From the IMG/VR virus record IMGVR_UViG_3300044799_000048, positions 228 through 64,227 of that record: a stretch of DNA of 64,000 nt; one strand, given 5' to 3'. Below, one piece after another: positions 9,437 to 21,303 of the stretch; within the stretch, counting starts at the first letter, position 1, and each line of letters begins with the position of its first letter. Both the position numbers and the translations under genes were made by a program. Under the pieces are notes generated by a model. The model was not told where the DNA came from. It did not search any database and saw nothing but the letters and a program-made list of their open reading frames with translations. Source of the stretch: a virus (Duplodnaviria; Caudoviricetes).

Positions 9437-12400
9437 ATGAAACACTACGTTGTCTATATCGCAGGAAATAATCCAGTTGACTTAGCAGCAAGTAAGGGCA
9501 AGCGCACCGCGGCAATGTTGGCAAGCGATGCAATGGACTATGACGACTTCGACCGCGAACAGATTGACGAACTAGTTAACCGCGGGGAGTGTACTATCTT
9601 CAATCCCCTGACAGGAAACGATATCTACACAATCAAGGTACGCGAGTGCGATTGCCATACAATTGACAATCACTTTGACGATTAAGGAGCTGGCACCATG
9701 AAATTGCACATTGAAATTGACACGGGCAACGCGGCATTTGACGATGACCCGAAAGCAGAATTGCTGAAGGTCTTGTGGCCGAAAGTCTGGTATGCATACT
9801 ATGAATCTCTCACGCAAGAATGCGGCATCTCGCGCAGAATGTTAGACACGAATGGCAACGCAGTCGGAACTATCAAAACAGAATTGGAGCATTAACATGC
9901 GATGTTATCACGTTACTGCAAGGACACGCGAAGAGAATACCATAACTATTGGTGTATGTGCGCTAACACGTATGAACGCAGTATCATTGGCATTTGACCG
10001 CCTTATGGACGCAGGCTTCACTGACATTAACATCGTCGATTGCAAAGACATTAGTGTGTGCCATTGGGCACCCAATACGACCATCATCTACTGAGGAGAA
10101 TAATCATGCAAGCTACACACTGGACTAGGCCGCGGTGGTTTGTTGGTGTCATCAAGGCGGGCATCGTTTACCGCACCGTCATCTTCAAGAGTCTTGTTGA
10201 ACCTACCGAAGAGTCACATGGGCATCTATACACTTTCACATGGGGAGCGTACCGCACGCGCGCATCAGCTATCGAGAGTGCGAACTATCAGGGATGCCAC
10301 ATTATTGAGTAACATATGGGCAGGCTGGTCCCGAAAGGGCAGCGCCTTGAGCGCTGGTTGTTATCAGAGTTCGATTCTCTGAATGCCCACATGATTCTGT
10401 TTTATCACACACTGAGGAGAAACTATCATGGAAAAGAAACAAGGCTTCACAATGCCAGCATCATTACGGAAAGTCGCACTTGAGTACAACACCCGTGCTA
10501 TCATCTGTAACGATGGTGTAGTCATCATTGAACATCGTACTGTCAAGGTTGACACCGTGCACACCGTAGATGTTATCTTTGAACATGTTATCCCATGTGA
10601 GATCATGTTGACAGTAGATCGTCATCGTCGCGACGATGACTGGCGCAAAGAAACGGAACCTACTATCGCATACATCAATGCGCCCGTGGAATCTCTGATT
10701 GATGGTATCACGCGCTTGCACATTGACATTGACTCAACATCTACGCGTGGACGTGAACTAAAAGTATTCCCTACGTCGTATCGGTATGCGTCGCAGTCTG
10801 GTGCAGTACACCGTGCTATGACCGTACCAGATTGTATTTCTTCAGACTGGGAAGCATTGTACACTGACTATGCATATAGCAGCTTTCCGCACTATGCGGA
10901 CAAGGTACGCTCTGTGCACGATGCGGTACATGCTGGTGCCATTCGCATCGAATACATTGACGGCAAGCCAACAAAATAAATATTAATTATTCGGAATCTC
11001 GCGTCGCATTATTTCGGCTGACCTACCCGCGACAACTAAAGACCTATGTCATTGTTGGCATGGGGCTTGCTAGGGATAGCAGGCTAAGGGCGATAGGCCG
11101 GCCTTTCGAAAGGAGAAACACAATGGCAAACTACAATCGATCAATCACATGCACAATAGGATGCGCCCAGGACCTCAGAGAAGATATTCGCGCTGGCTTG
11201 ATCTATGGGCCTTATGCCCAAAAACTAGACGACGGTACGCTACAATTCTTGAGCCGTCGCCAATGGGCAACACTCACGGGACAATGCGTCTATTGTGGCT
11301 CGCCTATGCCCACGCGACGCGTGGCTTGGCTTCGCAAGAATGAGGGGGTATAACATGAAAACGCCAGAAACGAAACTCGAAAGGGTAGTAGCTAAGTGGC
11401 TGCGCTCTACCGGTCGCGACTATGACAACAAGGCACAAGGCGCATACGATGACCTGATGCAAGGCGGCTGTCAGTCTGGCATGGTAGGCGCGATGATCTA
11501 CTACCGCGATACTGTGAAATTCTACAAGAAACACATGGCCGAGATTGACGCCATGCTTCAGGAATCTTGTAGCGAGTGCGGATGCACGCCCGCCGAACTC
11601 TTTGGCGAAAAGTGGGAAGACGGGGATCCGCTTGCACGCGACGATATGAACATGAACCTTCTCGCGTGGTTTGGATTCGAGGAGACGGCGCGTCATCTAA
11701 TGGAAGACTAGCACATATACGGGGGCTGCGCATCCTACAAACGCAGAAGGATTGAACATGAAACATACACCGGGACCATGGGGTATTATGCCCAAAGAAC
11801 TAAACTACGACGAAGACGGAAATTGTATATCCGAGCCGCATCTTGGCACGTACATTTACAATACCAACAACACGTTACCTGGACACTACGGAACAGGTGC
11901 AATCTGCGAACATGTGTGGTGGAACGCAGACGCAAGACTTATCGCCGCCGCACCTGAAATGCTTGCTCTACTGAAACGCTGCCTAAGACACATTGATGTT
12001 GATCTAGGACTGGTCATTGACATTCACGAGTTGATCATGGCAATCGAGGAGAATTAACCTAGTGGTCAGTCTGCCATGATTCTGGGCAAATGCAGAAAAA
12101 GCGAAGACCTAAAAGAAAGGAACTAACATGAAGCCAAGAATCAGTATTAAACTATGGCACAACTTGGAGCTTGGTAAATGGCTGTGGTACACTTATCTCG
12201 ACGAAGTGCTTGTCGAACGGTGCCGCACCAACAATAACGGCGAGGGGCTTTGGACGTGGAGCAAATCTCCTTCTCAATGGTATGCTGACGGCTCCCCGTT
12301 CTATGAATGGCATCAGGTATGCGGCACCTGTCAATTCTGGCTTTCGCCCAATCGTAAGGCGGCTTGGTCAAAGATTCGCCGTCGCTATAATGATGACTGG

Positions 12401-13257
12401 TACCTTGAAATGCTCCAGGATGCTTGCCAAACACAAGAGGAGAATACAAATGAAATACACCAAGGAACTCAAGACGCTTGGCCTCTCAGAGAAGAACTTC
12501 CGTAAAATAGTCCTTCTCTGCAACGTACACGCCCGTGCAATCTACAATCAACAGAAACACGAATACGACGCTAAGGCAATGGCCGATGAAGTCGCCCATG
12601 AGCTAGACAGACAGGACCTGTCCGAAGACCGAACATCGTACTTGTGGATTATCAGCACTCAACTATGCAAGGAATGGGGGAACAATGAACAATTCTAGTG
12701 GCTGCCAGCAGTTTCTTTGGTTTTGCGTCGCGTTGCTCGTTTCCGTGGGACTAGTCATGGTCTACAGCGTGATACTAGGCTTGCAATAGGAGATTAACCA
12801 TGAAGTACAATAAGAACATGCTCAAAGACTACGGGCTTACAAAAGAAGCCTTCAACATCATCTTAAACTTGGCCCGGATTTACGCACCCGCATGTTATGA
12901 CAACCAAACCGGAGAATACAACGCGGGCCTGTTAGCGGAAACAGTGGCGGAAGACCTAATGCACGACGAGTGGCTTGACGATGAACATCCGATCTATGAT
13001 GTTTGCGCCGATATATGCATCACGTTGAAAGGAGCAGTGTAACCATGACCAGACATACACTTCTAAACGTCTACGCGTTCCGATCTATTGGCGAGAATGG
13101 CACGTCTCTTGAAGGTGATGAGTGCACAATCCCCAAGGGGGCTGAAGTAGTGATTGACAAACGAGAAGGAAAGCAACGCGTTCGCGTTGTAGCGGACGTT
13201 AATGGAAAACTCGCCTGGGCCTGGATGGACAAGAGCGAACTAGAAGTAACAGAATGA
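9437..13257 (+). CDS. Early-region array of small hypothetical genes (e.g. 9437-9685, 9698-9895, 10428-10979, 11758-12057, 12128-12505)
   Basis: Co-oriented short ORFs with AGGAG RBSs; 11758-12057 has the common phage HTPGPW...ARLIAAAPEML motif. Confidence 0.6.
10318..10389 (+). ncRNA. Degenerate tRNA-like element
   Basis: Acceptor-like GGGCA/TGCCC, T-arm CAGAG-TTCGATT-CTCTG, arm CAGCG-CCTTGAG-CGCTG; non-canonical D arm and no U33. Confidence 0.55.
11355..11711 (+). CDS. Conserved phage early protein
   Basis: GGCQSGMVGAMIYYRDTVKFY ... NLLAWFGFEE motifs that I recognise from phage early regions; function unknown. Confidence 0.65.
   Translation: MKTPETKLERVVAKWLRSTGRDYDNKAQGAYDDLMQGGCQSGMVGAMIYYRDTVKFYKKHMAEIDAMLQESCSECGCTPAELFGEKWEDGDPLARDDMNMNLLAWFGFEETARHLMED
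12450..13042 (+). CDS. Pair of paralogous small proteins (12450-12698 and 12800-13042)
   Basis: Both read MKY.K..LK..GL....F..I..L....A.A.Y..Q..EY.A...A..VA..L. Confidence 0.65.
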
Positions 13258-13428
13258 GTCGAGTTTCTGGTACGCTATTTACCTTAGCGCTCGAAGCCAT
13301 AGACGAGTGTAACATCCACCAGTTTTGGGAGTTTGTTAAATGCCTTGAGTGCCTTGACGCAACCGAACAAGTCAAGGCACTAAAAAGAATCTGGTACTAC
13401 TCGGATGACTAACACAAGGAGAAACCAA

Positions 13429-13857
13429 ATGAGACGCATTTTAATCGTCGCGTTCTTGCTTGCTCTACTACCTAGCATAGTCCACGCACAAAGACCCGTC
13501 CGTGAGCCACTAGGCATTCACCAAGCCATAGTGTGGTGGGACTATGTATATGCCTGCCCTTGGCATAACTTAGAAGAAGAGATGACAGCGCTCTATCGCA
13601 CCTTCAACTACGAAGACGATACCGTTGTCATGCAGGTGCTCGCCGTCGATGCTACTAAGTTTTCCGAAGGTTGGTTATTGTTTAACATCGCCGTGCTAAT
13701 CACCTTCAAGGACGCTGCGCCACAAAACACATCGGACGTTGACCGCTTCTTATATGACCTGATCGTGGAATCTGGTTACTACGGACACATCACGCGGTCG
13801 GTGATTATCTCACAGGCCTTCGCTCAAAGACCACTTCGCGAAGAAATAGGACGTTAA
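13429..13857 (+). CDS. Secreted hypothetical protein
   Basis: Signal peptide MRRILIVAFLLALLPSIVHA-Q; AAGGAG RBS. Confidence 0.6.
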   Translation: MRRILIVAFLLALLPSIVHAQRPVREPLGIHQAIVWWDYVYACPWHNLEEEMTALYRTFNYEDDTVVMQVLAVDATKFSEGWLLFNIAVLITFKDAAPQNTSDVDRFLYDLIVESGYYGHITRSVIISQAFAQRPLREEIGR

Positions 13858-14906
13858 CTACTCGCCCAGGGCAACACGTACGGTGCGGAGTGCAGATTGT
13901 ACAGCGCTTCGCACCTGTGCTAAGTAAGCGGACTCCGCTTTCAAAGTGCGCCACTCTGGCTCGATCTTCGCAGTGGCTCGACCTACTTCAAGAAGACGGC
14001 CCGCAATAGTCTGAAGCAAGGTCGTCAAGTCTTCAGCATCCATAACACTAACTTCGAGCATCGTTAGATCATCAAGGCTAATTGTCTTCGTCATTCTCTT
14101 CTTCTTCATCCTCTTCTTCGTCTTCAATGCGCCGTTCGATAATATCACATAATGCGTTGTCTAAATCTATGATTGCACGAACGTCAACATTCTCGGCGGC
14201 TTGCAACGCAGCTAGAAAAATAGCACTCTGGACGGGTGTAGTCATCATAATTCATTCCCCTCACTATCGAATAGTATCTTAATAGTAAATCCGTCGTCGT
14301 CGTTTTCGACGATGAAACTTACACCATTTCCGAATATTTCCCGTAAGTCTTTCTGAAATGCAGCAACATTATCTCTATCAAATGGGTTGCCCCACGAAGT
14401 ATAAATCTCTGTTGAAAGAACTTTCTTCATGGTTAGTTCTCCTCAATACCAAGCCGACGTTGGACAACCTTATCTACACACTCCTTAAATTCTATCAATG
14501 GTTCTAGTTGAATTTGTTCAATCACCAACATAGTCAATCGAAGAAGGGGATCATATATACTATCGTGTACTTTTATCCCTATTGGAACATACGCACCCAT
14601 AATGGTTATTCTCCTTCCATATCTTCATGGTTGTTACTCTCTTTCACATACCATATTTGACTATGCGCTCCCAAGGAGTTTCAAGGTTCTCCTCTTCGTC
14701 GTTATTACTGTACTCATCTTCGCCCTCAGAAAAACATCTTTCTGTCAGGATTTCATCAATGGCATCAGAATGATCGAGTAGATCCTCAATGTCAATTACC
14801 TTGAGCAATTCCAGGACCGCATCGAGTAGGGCACGGTCAGGTTGATTCATTAAGACCCCCCTCCGCCATATATTGCGCCCATACACCATCCGTTCTATGA
14901 GTGTAC

Positions 14907-15221
14907 TTAGGCTTGATCCAAATAGGCAGCCCAGGGTGACTGACTGTAGTCGTATCCGTAGCACTCATGTAGGGCCTGAAGGAGCGCCACACGCGCGGGG
15001 CGGGTGTGGGCCTTTTCGTGGCACTCTTGACAAAGACACGCGCGATTACGTATATCGAAGCACAAAGGCAGGCCACGTAAACCGAAATGGCTACGGGGCA
15101 CAATTTCGTGTACTTGACTAGCTTGTCGCTTACAGACGACACATTGGTCATGATCTCTTTGCCTTACCTCATCGCGTGTCTGAGCATCGAGCTTGCGTAG
15201 TAATGCTAACCGCTTGCCCAC
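14907..15221 (-). CDS. HNH endonuclease
   Basis: RDHDQCVVC...VHEIVPRS...NRACLCQECHEKAH. Confidence 0.85.
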   Translation of the reverse strand: MGKRLALLRKLDAQTRDEVRQRDHDQCVVCKRQASQVHEIVPRSHFGLRGLPLCFDIRNRACLCQECHEKAHTRPARVALLQALHECYGYDYSQSPWAAYLDQA

Positions 15222-15610
15222 TACTTGCTAACGTTTTGCTTCTTCTTCTTAAGAGCAGCGCGCTTCTTCGCCGCCGATGCTTTAGTAGTAACAGACACCT
15301 TCTTAACAGGCTTAACAGGCTTCGCTATCTGGTCGAGCATATCCATCGCGCTGGCAGGAACCGGCGGCATTGTATCAGCAGGACTAGGCGGCATTGTGTT
15401 GATCCCAGGAAGACCAGATGGCATCTCAGGAGACATTGAAGGCGGCACCTCAGGCAGCATCGGTGGCACGGCAGGTGTCCTCGAGGCAAACGACTTCTTG
15501 GGAGGAGCAGGCTTGGTCGCGACCTTCTTGACAGGCTTACCTACTTTGCCGTCCTTCTTCTTAGCGACGTACTTGGATGGAGCAGGCTTCTTAGATTTCT
15601 TGACCGCCAT
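15221..15610 (-). CDS. Lys/Pro/Ala-rich basic protein (histone H1-like composition)
   Basis: MAVKKSKKPAPSK...KKRAALKKKKQ. Confidence 0.6.
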   Translation of the reverse strand: MAVKKSKKPAPSKYVAKKKDGKVGKPVKKVATKPAPPKKSFASRTPAVPPMLPEVPPSMSPEMPSGLPGINTMPPSPADTMPPVPASAMDMLDQIAKPVKPVKKVSVTTKASAAKKRAALKKKKQNVSK

Positions 15611-15611
15611 A

Positions 15612-15755
15612 TTACTTCTTTGCTTTCTTCTTATCAGCAACCTTCTGCTCAGCAGCAGTCAAGGGCTTCTTCTTCGCGGACTTCTTGCCAGGCACCGGCT
15701 CTTCTACTTCATCTTTCGGCATCAACCAGGGCGGGAGCTTCTTCTTAACAGCCAT
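15612..15755 (-). CDS. Small Lys-rich protein (47 aa)
   Basis: MAVKKKLPPWLMPKDEVEEPVPGKKSAKKKPLTAAEQKVADKKKAKK; AAGGAG RBS. Confidence 0.55.
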   Translation of the reverse strand: MAVKKKLPPWLMPKDEVEEPVPGKKSAKKKPLTAAEQKVADKKKAKK

Positions 15756-15819
15756 TCTATATTATCTCCTTATGAGTTGAAAGAGTGGTGCGAAACGTAG
15801 TTTCGCCAAACGTAATCTC

Positions 15820-15948
15820 AGTAGTATTCTCAGAATGTAATATTAGTAAGTAGTATTAGTATTGTGCCCTCCAGGGCACGCACCATGTGCCTTCTGGGTC
15901 ACGCACTACGTGTCCTCCGGGGCACGATCCGTTTCCTCCAGGACACGC
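15820..15948. repeat. Putative replication origin: four 18-bp iterons plus AT-rich tract
   Basis: GTGCCCTCCAGGGCACGC (15864), GTGCCTTCTGGGTCACGC (15887), GTGTCCTCCGGGGCACGA (15910), GTTTCCTCCAGGACACGC (15931); adjacent AT-rich TAGTAT repeats; overlaps the 3' end of the initiator gene. Confidence 0.7.
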
Positions 15949-16355
15949 AACCGTTCCATTTCGAGTATTGCGGGGGCATTAAGATCAATAAAAATACATT
16001 TACGCCAACTGTTTTCCGGCGCTGGTTTCCCCCGCTCCTCGATGGTAATGAGATCAGCAGCCTCTAACCTATGTAGCGCCTCGCGTGCTTGTTTACGACT
16101 TAATCCAAATCTATCTTCAATCTGTTTATAAGATAGATGCAACGTTTCGCCAGCAAACTTTTGCTTTAACTCCCTCTCTTCCCTAAAGGGGCGAAACCAA
16201 TATACTATCTCTGATAACAATATGATAGCGTTAAGGTCTGGCTTGCCATTGGGTAATCTGATATGTTCGTACCATGAGTGGGGAATTATATGGCCCGTCA
16301 ATCTTACGTCCTCTAATAAACACGCGTTGTAGTTGCTGTTCTTGTAACCTGGCAC
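15906..16355 (-). CDS. Replication initiator, N-terminal winged-helix domain only
   Basis: TGHIIPHSWY...GKPDLNAIILLSEIVYWFRP...LSYKQIEDRFGLSRKQAREAL.RLE, typical of phage replisome-organiser N-termini; GTG start with GGAGGTG RBS. Confidence 0.7.
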   Translation of the reverse strand: MPGYKNSNYNACLLEDVRLTGHIIPHSWYEHIRLPNGKPDLNAIILLSEIVYWFRPFREERELKQKFAGETLHLSYKQIEDRFGLSRKQAREALHRLEAADLITIEERGKPAPENSWRKCIFIDLNAPAILEMERLRVLEETDRAPEDT

Positions 16356-16894
16356 ATCGTCACCTCCATGACACTTTCTCCACTAAATGATGAACCCGGG
16401 GAAAGGGATTAGTGGAGGCTTATCCCTTTGTCGGTTGCAAGCCTATCCCCGAGCGTGAAACGCGATATGATTATGTTAATAATACTTTGGTACTACGTGG
16501 CTAATTCACGGAGGCCACCTTTCGATGGCCTCGTACCCTTTCGCCGAAGCTATCAGGGGGGATAACGCTAACTGGCAGGAAAGTGAATAATCAAATAATA
16601 ATAAAAAATAGATTCAAGATTCCAGGCCAACTAAAGTACGTGCTGACCCGTCTGCATCTACAATCCGTAGGCCCACGAGTTTAATGCGACTACCGCAGCC
16701 CATCTTCTTAAACTTCTTGTCAACTTGCCTATGAATGAACATGCTTCGATTGCAGTCACAATCATAATTGCCCATTTCATTCCAGCAATACATCATCGCG
16801 TCGTCGCTGTACTCGCCATCATCGCCAGGCTCCCAAGTATCATTGATGGTGTATCGTTTGTCGTCGTATTCGAGTGTCGCAATAGCTGTCTTGC

Positions 16895-17266
16895 TCATAA
16901 TAGGTCAGGCCCGTTAATATCCTCAATCAGAAAGTCGGTATGACCATTGCCAATCTCAAGCCCGATCTTTGGTAGAGAAAGTTCTACCCAATCTGCATCG
17001 TCTTTAACTAACAACCCAACGCGGGCCATCGCATCGATCATTCCCTTCATAAGATAGTTTTGGGGGTCTCTCCTTCCTTGATAATCAAAGAAAACAGAGA
17101 AAGTAACACGACGCTTACCGGCAGCACACGGAATCCCATGAACTTGCATGGCTACCCTGAAGAGTGCCTCCCACTTTCGGCGCAGGATAGCCCTGACTTT
17201 ATAACTAGCTCGTTCAGTTAGATTTAAGCTAGTGGGAACGTCGTTTATCGTGAAGTTGTAGATCAT
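16895..17266 (-). CDS. rusA: RusA-like Holliday junction resolvase
   Basis: PTSLN ... RRDPQNYLMKGMIDAM...GLLVKDD. Confidence 0.75.
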   Translation of the reverse strand: MIYNFTINDVPTSLNLTERASYKVRAILRRKWEALFRVAMQVHGIPCAAGKRRVTFSVFFDYQGRRDPQNYLMKGMIDAMARVGLLVKDDADWVELSLPKIGLEIGNGHTDFLIEDINGPDLL

Positions 17267-17586
17267 AAAGGCACGCCACCAACCAGTTATCTGTGCCGCC
17301 GCCGGGCATATATCATTTAGACCCGGCCTGTTTAGTCTTCGTCTGTTATGTAATCCTCAAACAATTGAAGGGAATGTTTCTCGAACTTGATATCACTTCG
17401 TCGCATCTTAAGATCATAGTCCGTGATACCAAGTAACCATGGGGGCCACATACTAGCATCTCTTCCGTATCGTATCTCACATACAGGACACAAGAAACGC
17501 TTTATTCCCCCCCTAATTAGCTTCCCACATGCTGAACATGAATGCATAGTGCTCCTACTTGTAGGCGTCGAGAATGGCATTATGGC

Positions 17587-17802
17587 CTACTTTTTTTTGC
17601 GTCGGGCTACATTTTTTAAGGTTCTACGCATCATATAAATCTCATATTTCACTTTCCACAATGGTAATCCCATTATAACACATATATCATTGCGCGTCAA
17701 ATCCTCGCTCTGATATAGGGCGATGTTCCATTGTCTCTCAGTCAAGAGATCACTCAGCGCAGTCAACTCCTCGCCTATAACAATAGCGTCTATGATGTCC
17801 AT
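17587..17802 (-). CDS. Sigma70 region-4-like HTH regulator
   Basis: LTERQWNIALYQSEDLTRNDICVIMGL...VKYEI. Confidence 0.55.
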   Translation of the reverse strand: MDIIDAIVIGEELTALSDLLTERQWNIALYQSEDLTRNDICVIMGLPLWKVKYEIYMMRRTLKNVARRKKK

Positions 17803-18195
17803 TCATCGCACCCCTCGCTTAACGTCTGCTTGTGCTTTGTCGAGTGCCCCTTGCATCATATCATCTACGCCAAGAGCATGCGCAAGCACGGAACACACAA
17901 CGATGATGTCTGACAGCTCTCGTCTTGCTTCGTCTGTGCTTGGAAATACTCCACATTCACCATCATCAAATGCTTCACGGGCATCTTTACCAGCTTCGGC
18001 TATCTCATCGCGAGCATTAATAACGGATGTGTTATTCCATAGTTCATCATCATCTGAAAGTTCAGGGCAAAGAACAAGTTCCTTTACTTCCTCGATCAGT
18101 TTCATCACCTGCCTTGCAGCGAGTTGCTCTTTAGTCCATCCTTCCAAGTAGCCACGAGCACGGACTGCTTCTACGATGTCATGTTGAATGCTCAT
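17803..18195 (-). CDS. MazG-like nucleotide pyrophosphohydrolase
   Basis: KLIEEVKEL ... ELSDIIVV acidic motifs. Confidence 0.7.
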   Translation of the reverse strand: MSIQHDIVEAVRARGYLEGWTKEQLAARQVMKLIEEVKELVLCPELSDDDELWNNTSVINARDEIAEAGKDAREAFDDGECGVFPSTDEARRELSDIIVVCSVLAHALGVDDMMQGALDKAQADVKRGVR

Positions 18196-19076
18196 TTTAT
18201 CTTTCGCCTTAGTTGCTCAATCTCAAATGCGATTATCATACTAGAATACAGAATGGCTAACATTGTAGCGGTTTGAATGTCACCCCTAATCCCCGAATAG
18301 ACAATTAGAACAGCCATGATTAAACTACCAATTAGGTATCCCATCTTATTCTTCCTCCAATGTCATATCGTATGCACCCTCAATTTGCCCCTTGTCATTC
18401 ATAATTGTCCAGTTCTTGCAATAGTAGTCTGCATCTGAAATTTTGAATCCTTCTCCGATACATGCGGGACGCCTTACGTTATCCCACGGCATCCAGTCCT
18501 TACATGTGGCACAGATGCGCCCATAAGCTTCTATGATCGCAGCAAGTTTCTTATCCACATCCTTGACTTTTACGTCACACGTCAATGGCTCCATGCTCCT
18601 CCTCTAGTTCTGCTATGCGCGCCCGTAACACTGGCAGTTCTAATATGGCCTGAGCCGCTATGTCAAGATCGTACATACGCAATTGAAACATTACCGCATC
18701 TTCTGTAAACAAGCCATATCTAGTTACTGATTCTGACATATATTTCTTTGTCCATCGTACATTACCAGACGCCCGATCCATTTTATTCCATCCGCGATAT
18801 ATCAGATATGCTTCTCGCAAATCTTGCTCGCTCATTCTCTTCTAAGTCCTTTCTCCACAGTGACCAGGGTACATGAAAACATGCGTCGCAAATGTAGACG
18901 TTGACTTGGAAGCGTCCTACCAATCTGCAATCGCGTAGTTTGGCTCCTGACTTACCACATAGATCACAAACATGTGGATATTCCATATTATTTCCCGTTG
19001 TTAATCTGCGAAGACAACACACACACCGCGACCGCTAACACCGTTGCAATCACGATCACTAGAATCGGAATGGCGA

Positions 19077-19418
19077 TCATGGTGTCCATCCCTTTTGTCT
19101 GAGTAAATCTTCAACCTGTGCCATACATGCTCCAGGATTATTCGTCAGCATACTGCCCGTAAACACCAACAACGGTATGGCCTTGATCACACAGTAGTTA
19201 TGCTTCTTAGCGTCCCTTGTCTGAGCTGCCCATTGTTTGTGAAACAGTTCTTCGTTGATCTCGACACCAACGCCGTAGTCTGGAAACCATCGGTCGATCT
19301 CAAACCACGACTTAGTACCCTCAATAGTAATGTGTAGTTTCTGGCAGAACGGAAGACCAAACTGCCGGCAACGTGTGTCAAATGCAAGTTCTAGTTCTTC
19401 AGTCTTCTGGCGCGTCAT
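19077..19418 (-). CDS. Vsr/DUF559-like PD-(D/E)xK endonuclease
   Basis: FEIDRWFPDYGVGVEINE...RDAKKHN...LLVFTG. Confidence 0.65.
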   Translation of the reverse strand: MTRQKTEELELAFDTRCRQFGLPFCQKLHITIEGTKSWFEIDRWFPDYGVGVEINEELFHKQWAAQTRDAKKHNYCVIKAIPLLVFTGSMLTNNPGACMAQVEDLLRQKGWTP

Positions 19419-20358
19419 CTTCATCCTCCGGTTCTGGCAACTCAACTTTCACAGCGACTTGCATTCCACAGTGGTGGCAAAATATCACACCATTCTCTTT
19501 GGGGCTACCATTCATGAATTGCCACTTCTCACCACACGTCGTATCCCACGAATCAGTGTCTTCGTCGTAAGACCATACACAGAATTTCATGTTCCCCCCT
19601 AAACCACTTGCTACAATTAGGACACACATCTATAATGTCCCCATTTTTATTCAGCCGAACAGTCCATTCAGAAAGACTCTTTCGTGCTCGGTTCAATTCT
19701 GCAAGTTCTTCTACGGCATCCCATCCCTCACGACTGAACTTCTTACCATCAATACTAACTTTCAATCTGAAACTTCCATTTATAAACTGGTGGCAGATGT
19801 CACACTCATAGTTAAATGTTACGTTAATTGATTTAAGCATGTCATATCTCTGGTATCTCAATCTCTATTGTGCGCCTGCCGTCAAGAATATCACGCACCA
19901 TATCTACAATGTGTCGCTTCTTACTCTCTTGAATATTGAGCCAGCTTAACCAGTACGTAAGTTGATCGAAGTCGGCCTCGGCTTCAACCCTTGCCCGTGC
20001 AATTACCGCAGTCCAGTTCTGTTTGGCGGGAGTGTGTCCACAATTGTACTCGCGACGGTATTTAGAACTACCCGCAGCAATTTGGGTTACTCTAATGATG
20101 TCGAATACTTGGGCCGCAGCGAGGGCCGCCATAGGATCAGTCAAAGTCCACCATCTTCTTTAGTTCATCGAATATCTTCAGACTAACTATAGTAAACTCT
20201 CCCTCGCCATGATACGGCGCCTCTACTTCTTTTAGCGTCTTAATAACTACGACGCGCAGTGCGTCGTAGTTTGCCTTCAGGGCGTTGTACTTTGTCGCCA
20301 TCTCTGATTCTAATGCTCCGTGATCGTCATAGTTATTCATACCCGCCTCCATGAGGGA

Positions 20359-20457
20359 AGTATAACACACTCGGGCCGACCTGTCAAGTGCCCTGTAAAG
20401 TTCAGAAGTTATGAACATTGAAAAGGGGCTTGACTTTTTTGCAAACCCGTGTATAAT
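20359..20457. promoter_or_regulatory. Divergent sigma70 promoter pair
   Basis: Minus strand TTGACA(20387-20382)-17-TATACT(20364-20359); plus strand TTGACT(20430)-16-TATAAT(20452); located at the strand switch. Confidence 0.8.
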
Positions 20458-21303
20458 GACAGTATCATCATAAAAACAAGAGGGTAACATGAAAACATAC
20501 GAAAAAATAAAGTTAATCAAACTTGAGATGTCAACGCTAGGCGGACTTGACATGGAGGAGCGGCACATAGAGGCAGACTGGCTGCTGATCTCTATGATTA
20601 AACTACTAGCTGAAGAACTTGAAGAAGATGTATCTGAGTTTATTTCGTATTTTGAAAACTTTCCAAAGTGGTACGCTTAAGGAGGAATCACATGGACAGG
20701 GCAAGGCGCAAGTTCCTAGTAGAACTCGCAGAAGAAAACTTGTTTGACACTAAGGTATGTCAAAGAGGGCCATACACCCACGTCGAGGTACGCATTCGAT
20801 GGAGAAATGAACTCCACGATTACCGAGAATACAACGTAGAAGGCCACGGCTTCAGTAAGTGTCGACCTGGTGACCCCTGGAGCGGTCAGGAGGGTATCAA
20901 CAAGGCACGACCGCGGGCAATCCTAGATGCTGTACAACAGATGAATTTGGTGGAGGTGTAATATGGAAGAAGGACATCAAGTGTTTCATGATGAACTTCG
21001 GGATCATGAACATCGTATCGTTAAACTAGAACGCGACATTACAAAAATTGCGATGGATATGTTTGGACTTCAGACTATGTTCTCGGCACTTAAAATGCAT
21101 GTCCGCCTACTAGATGGTAGCGTTAATAATTTAGAGGACTTCATCTATGGCGACGACGGCAAGGATGACGAGTATGTTCAATTTGAACCAGAGGTGGACG
21201 GTGATGAACTCGATACACTATCGGAGAATGAAAGAGACAAACGCATACGAGAAGAACAAGAACAGGATGCAGAACAAATTGACATATATGGAGGAAACTT
21301 CAA

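Noticed and set aside
15906-15908. Amber stop-codon reassignment
   Set aside because: Read-through meets TAA 21 codons later; many genes end in TAG right before the next gene; no suppressor tRNA
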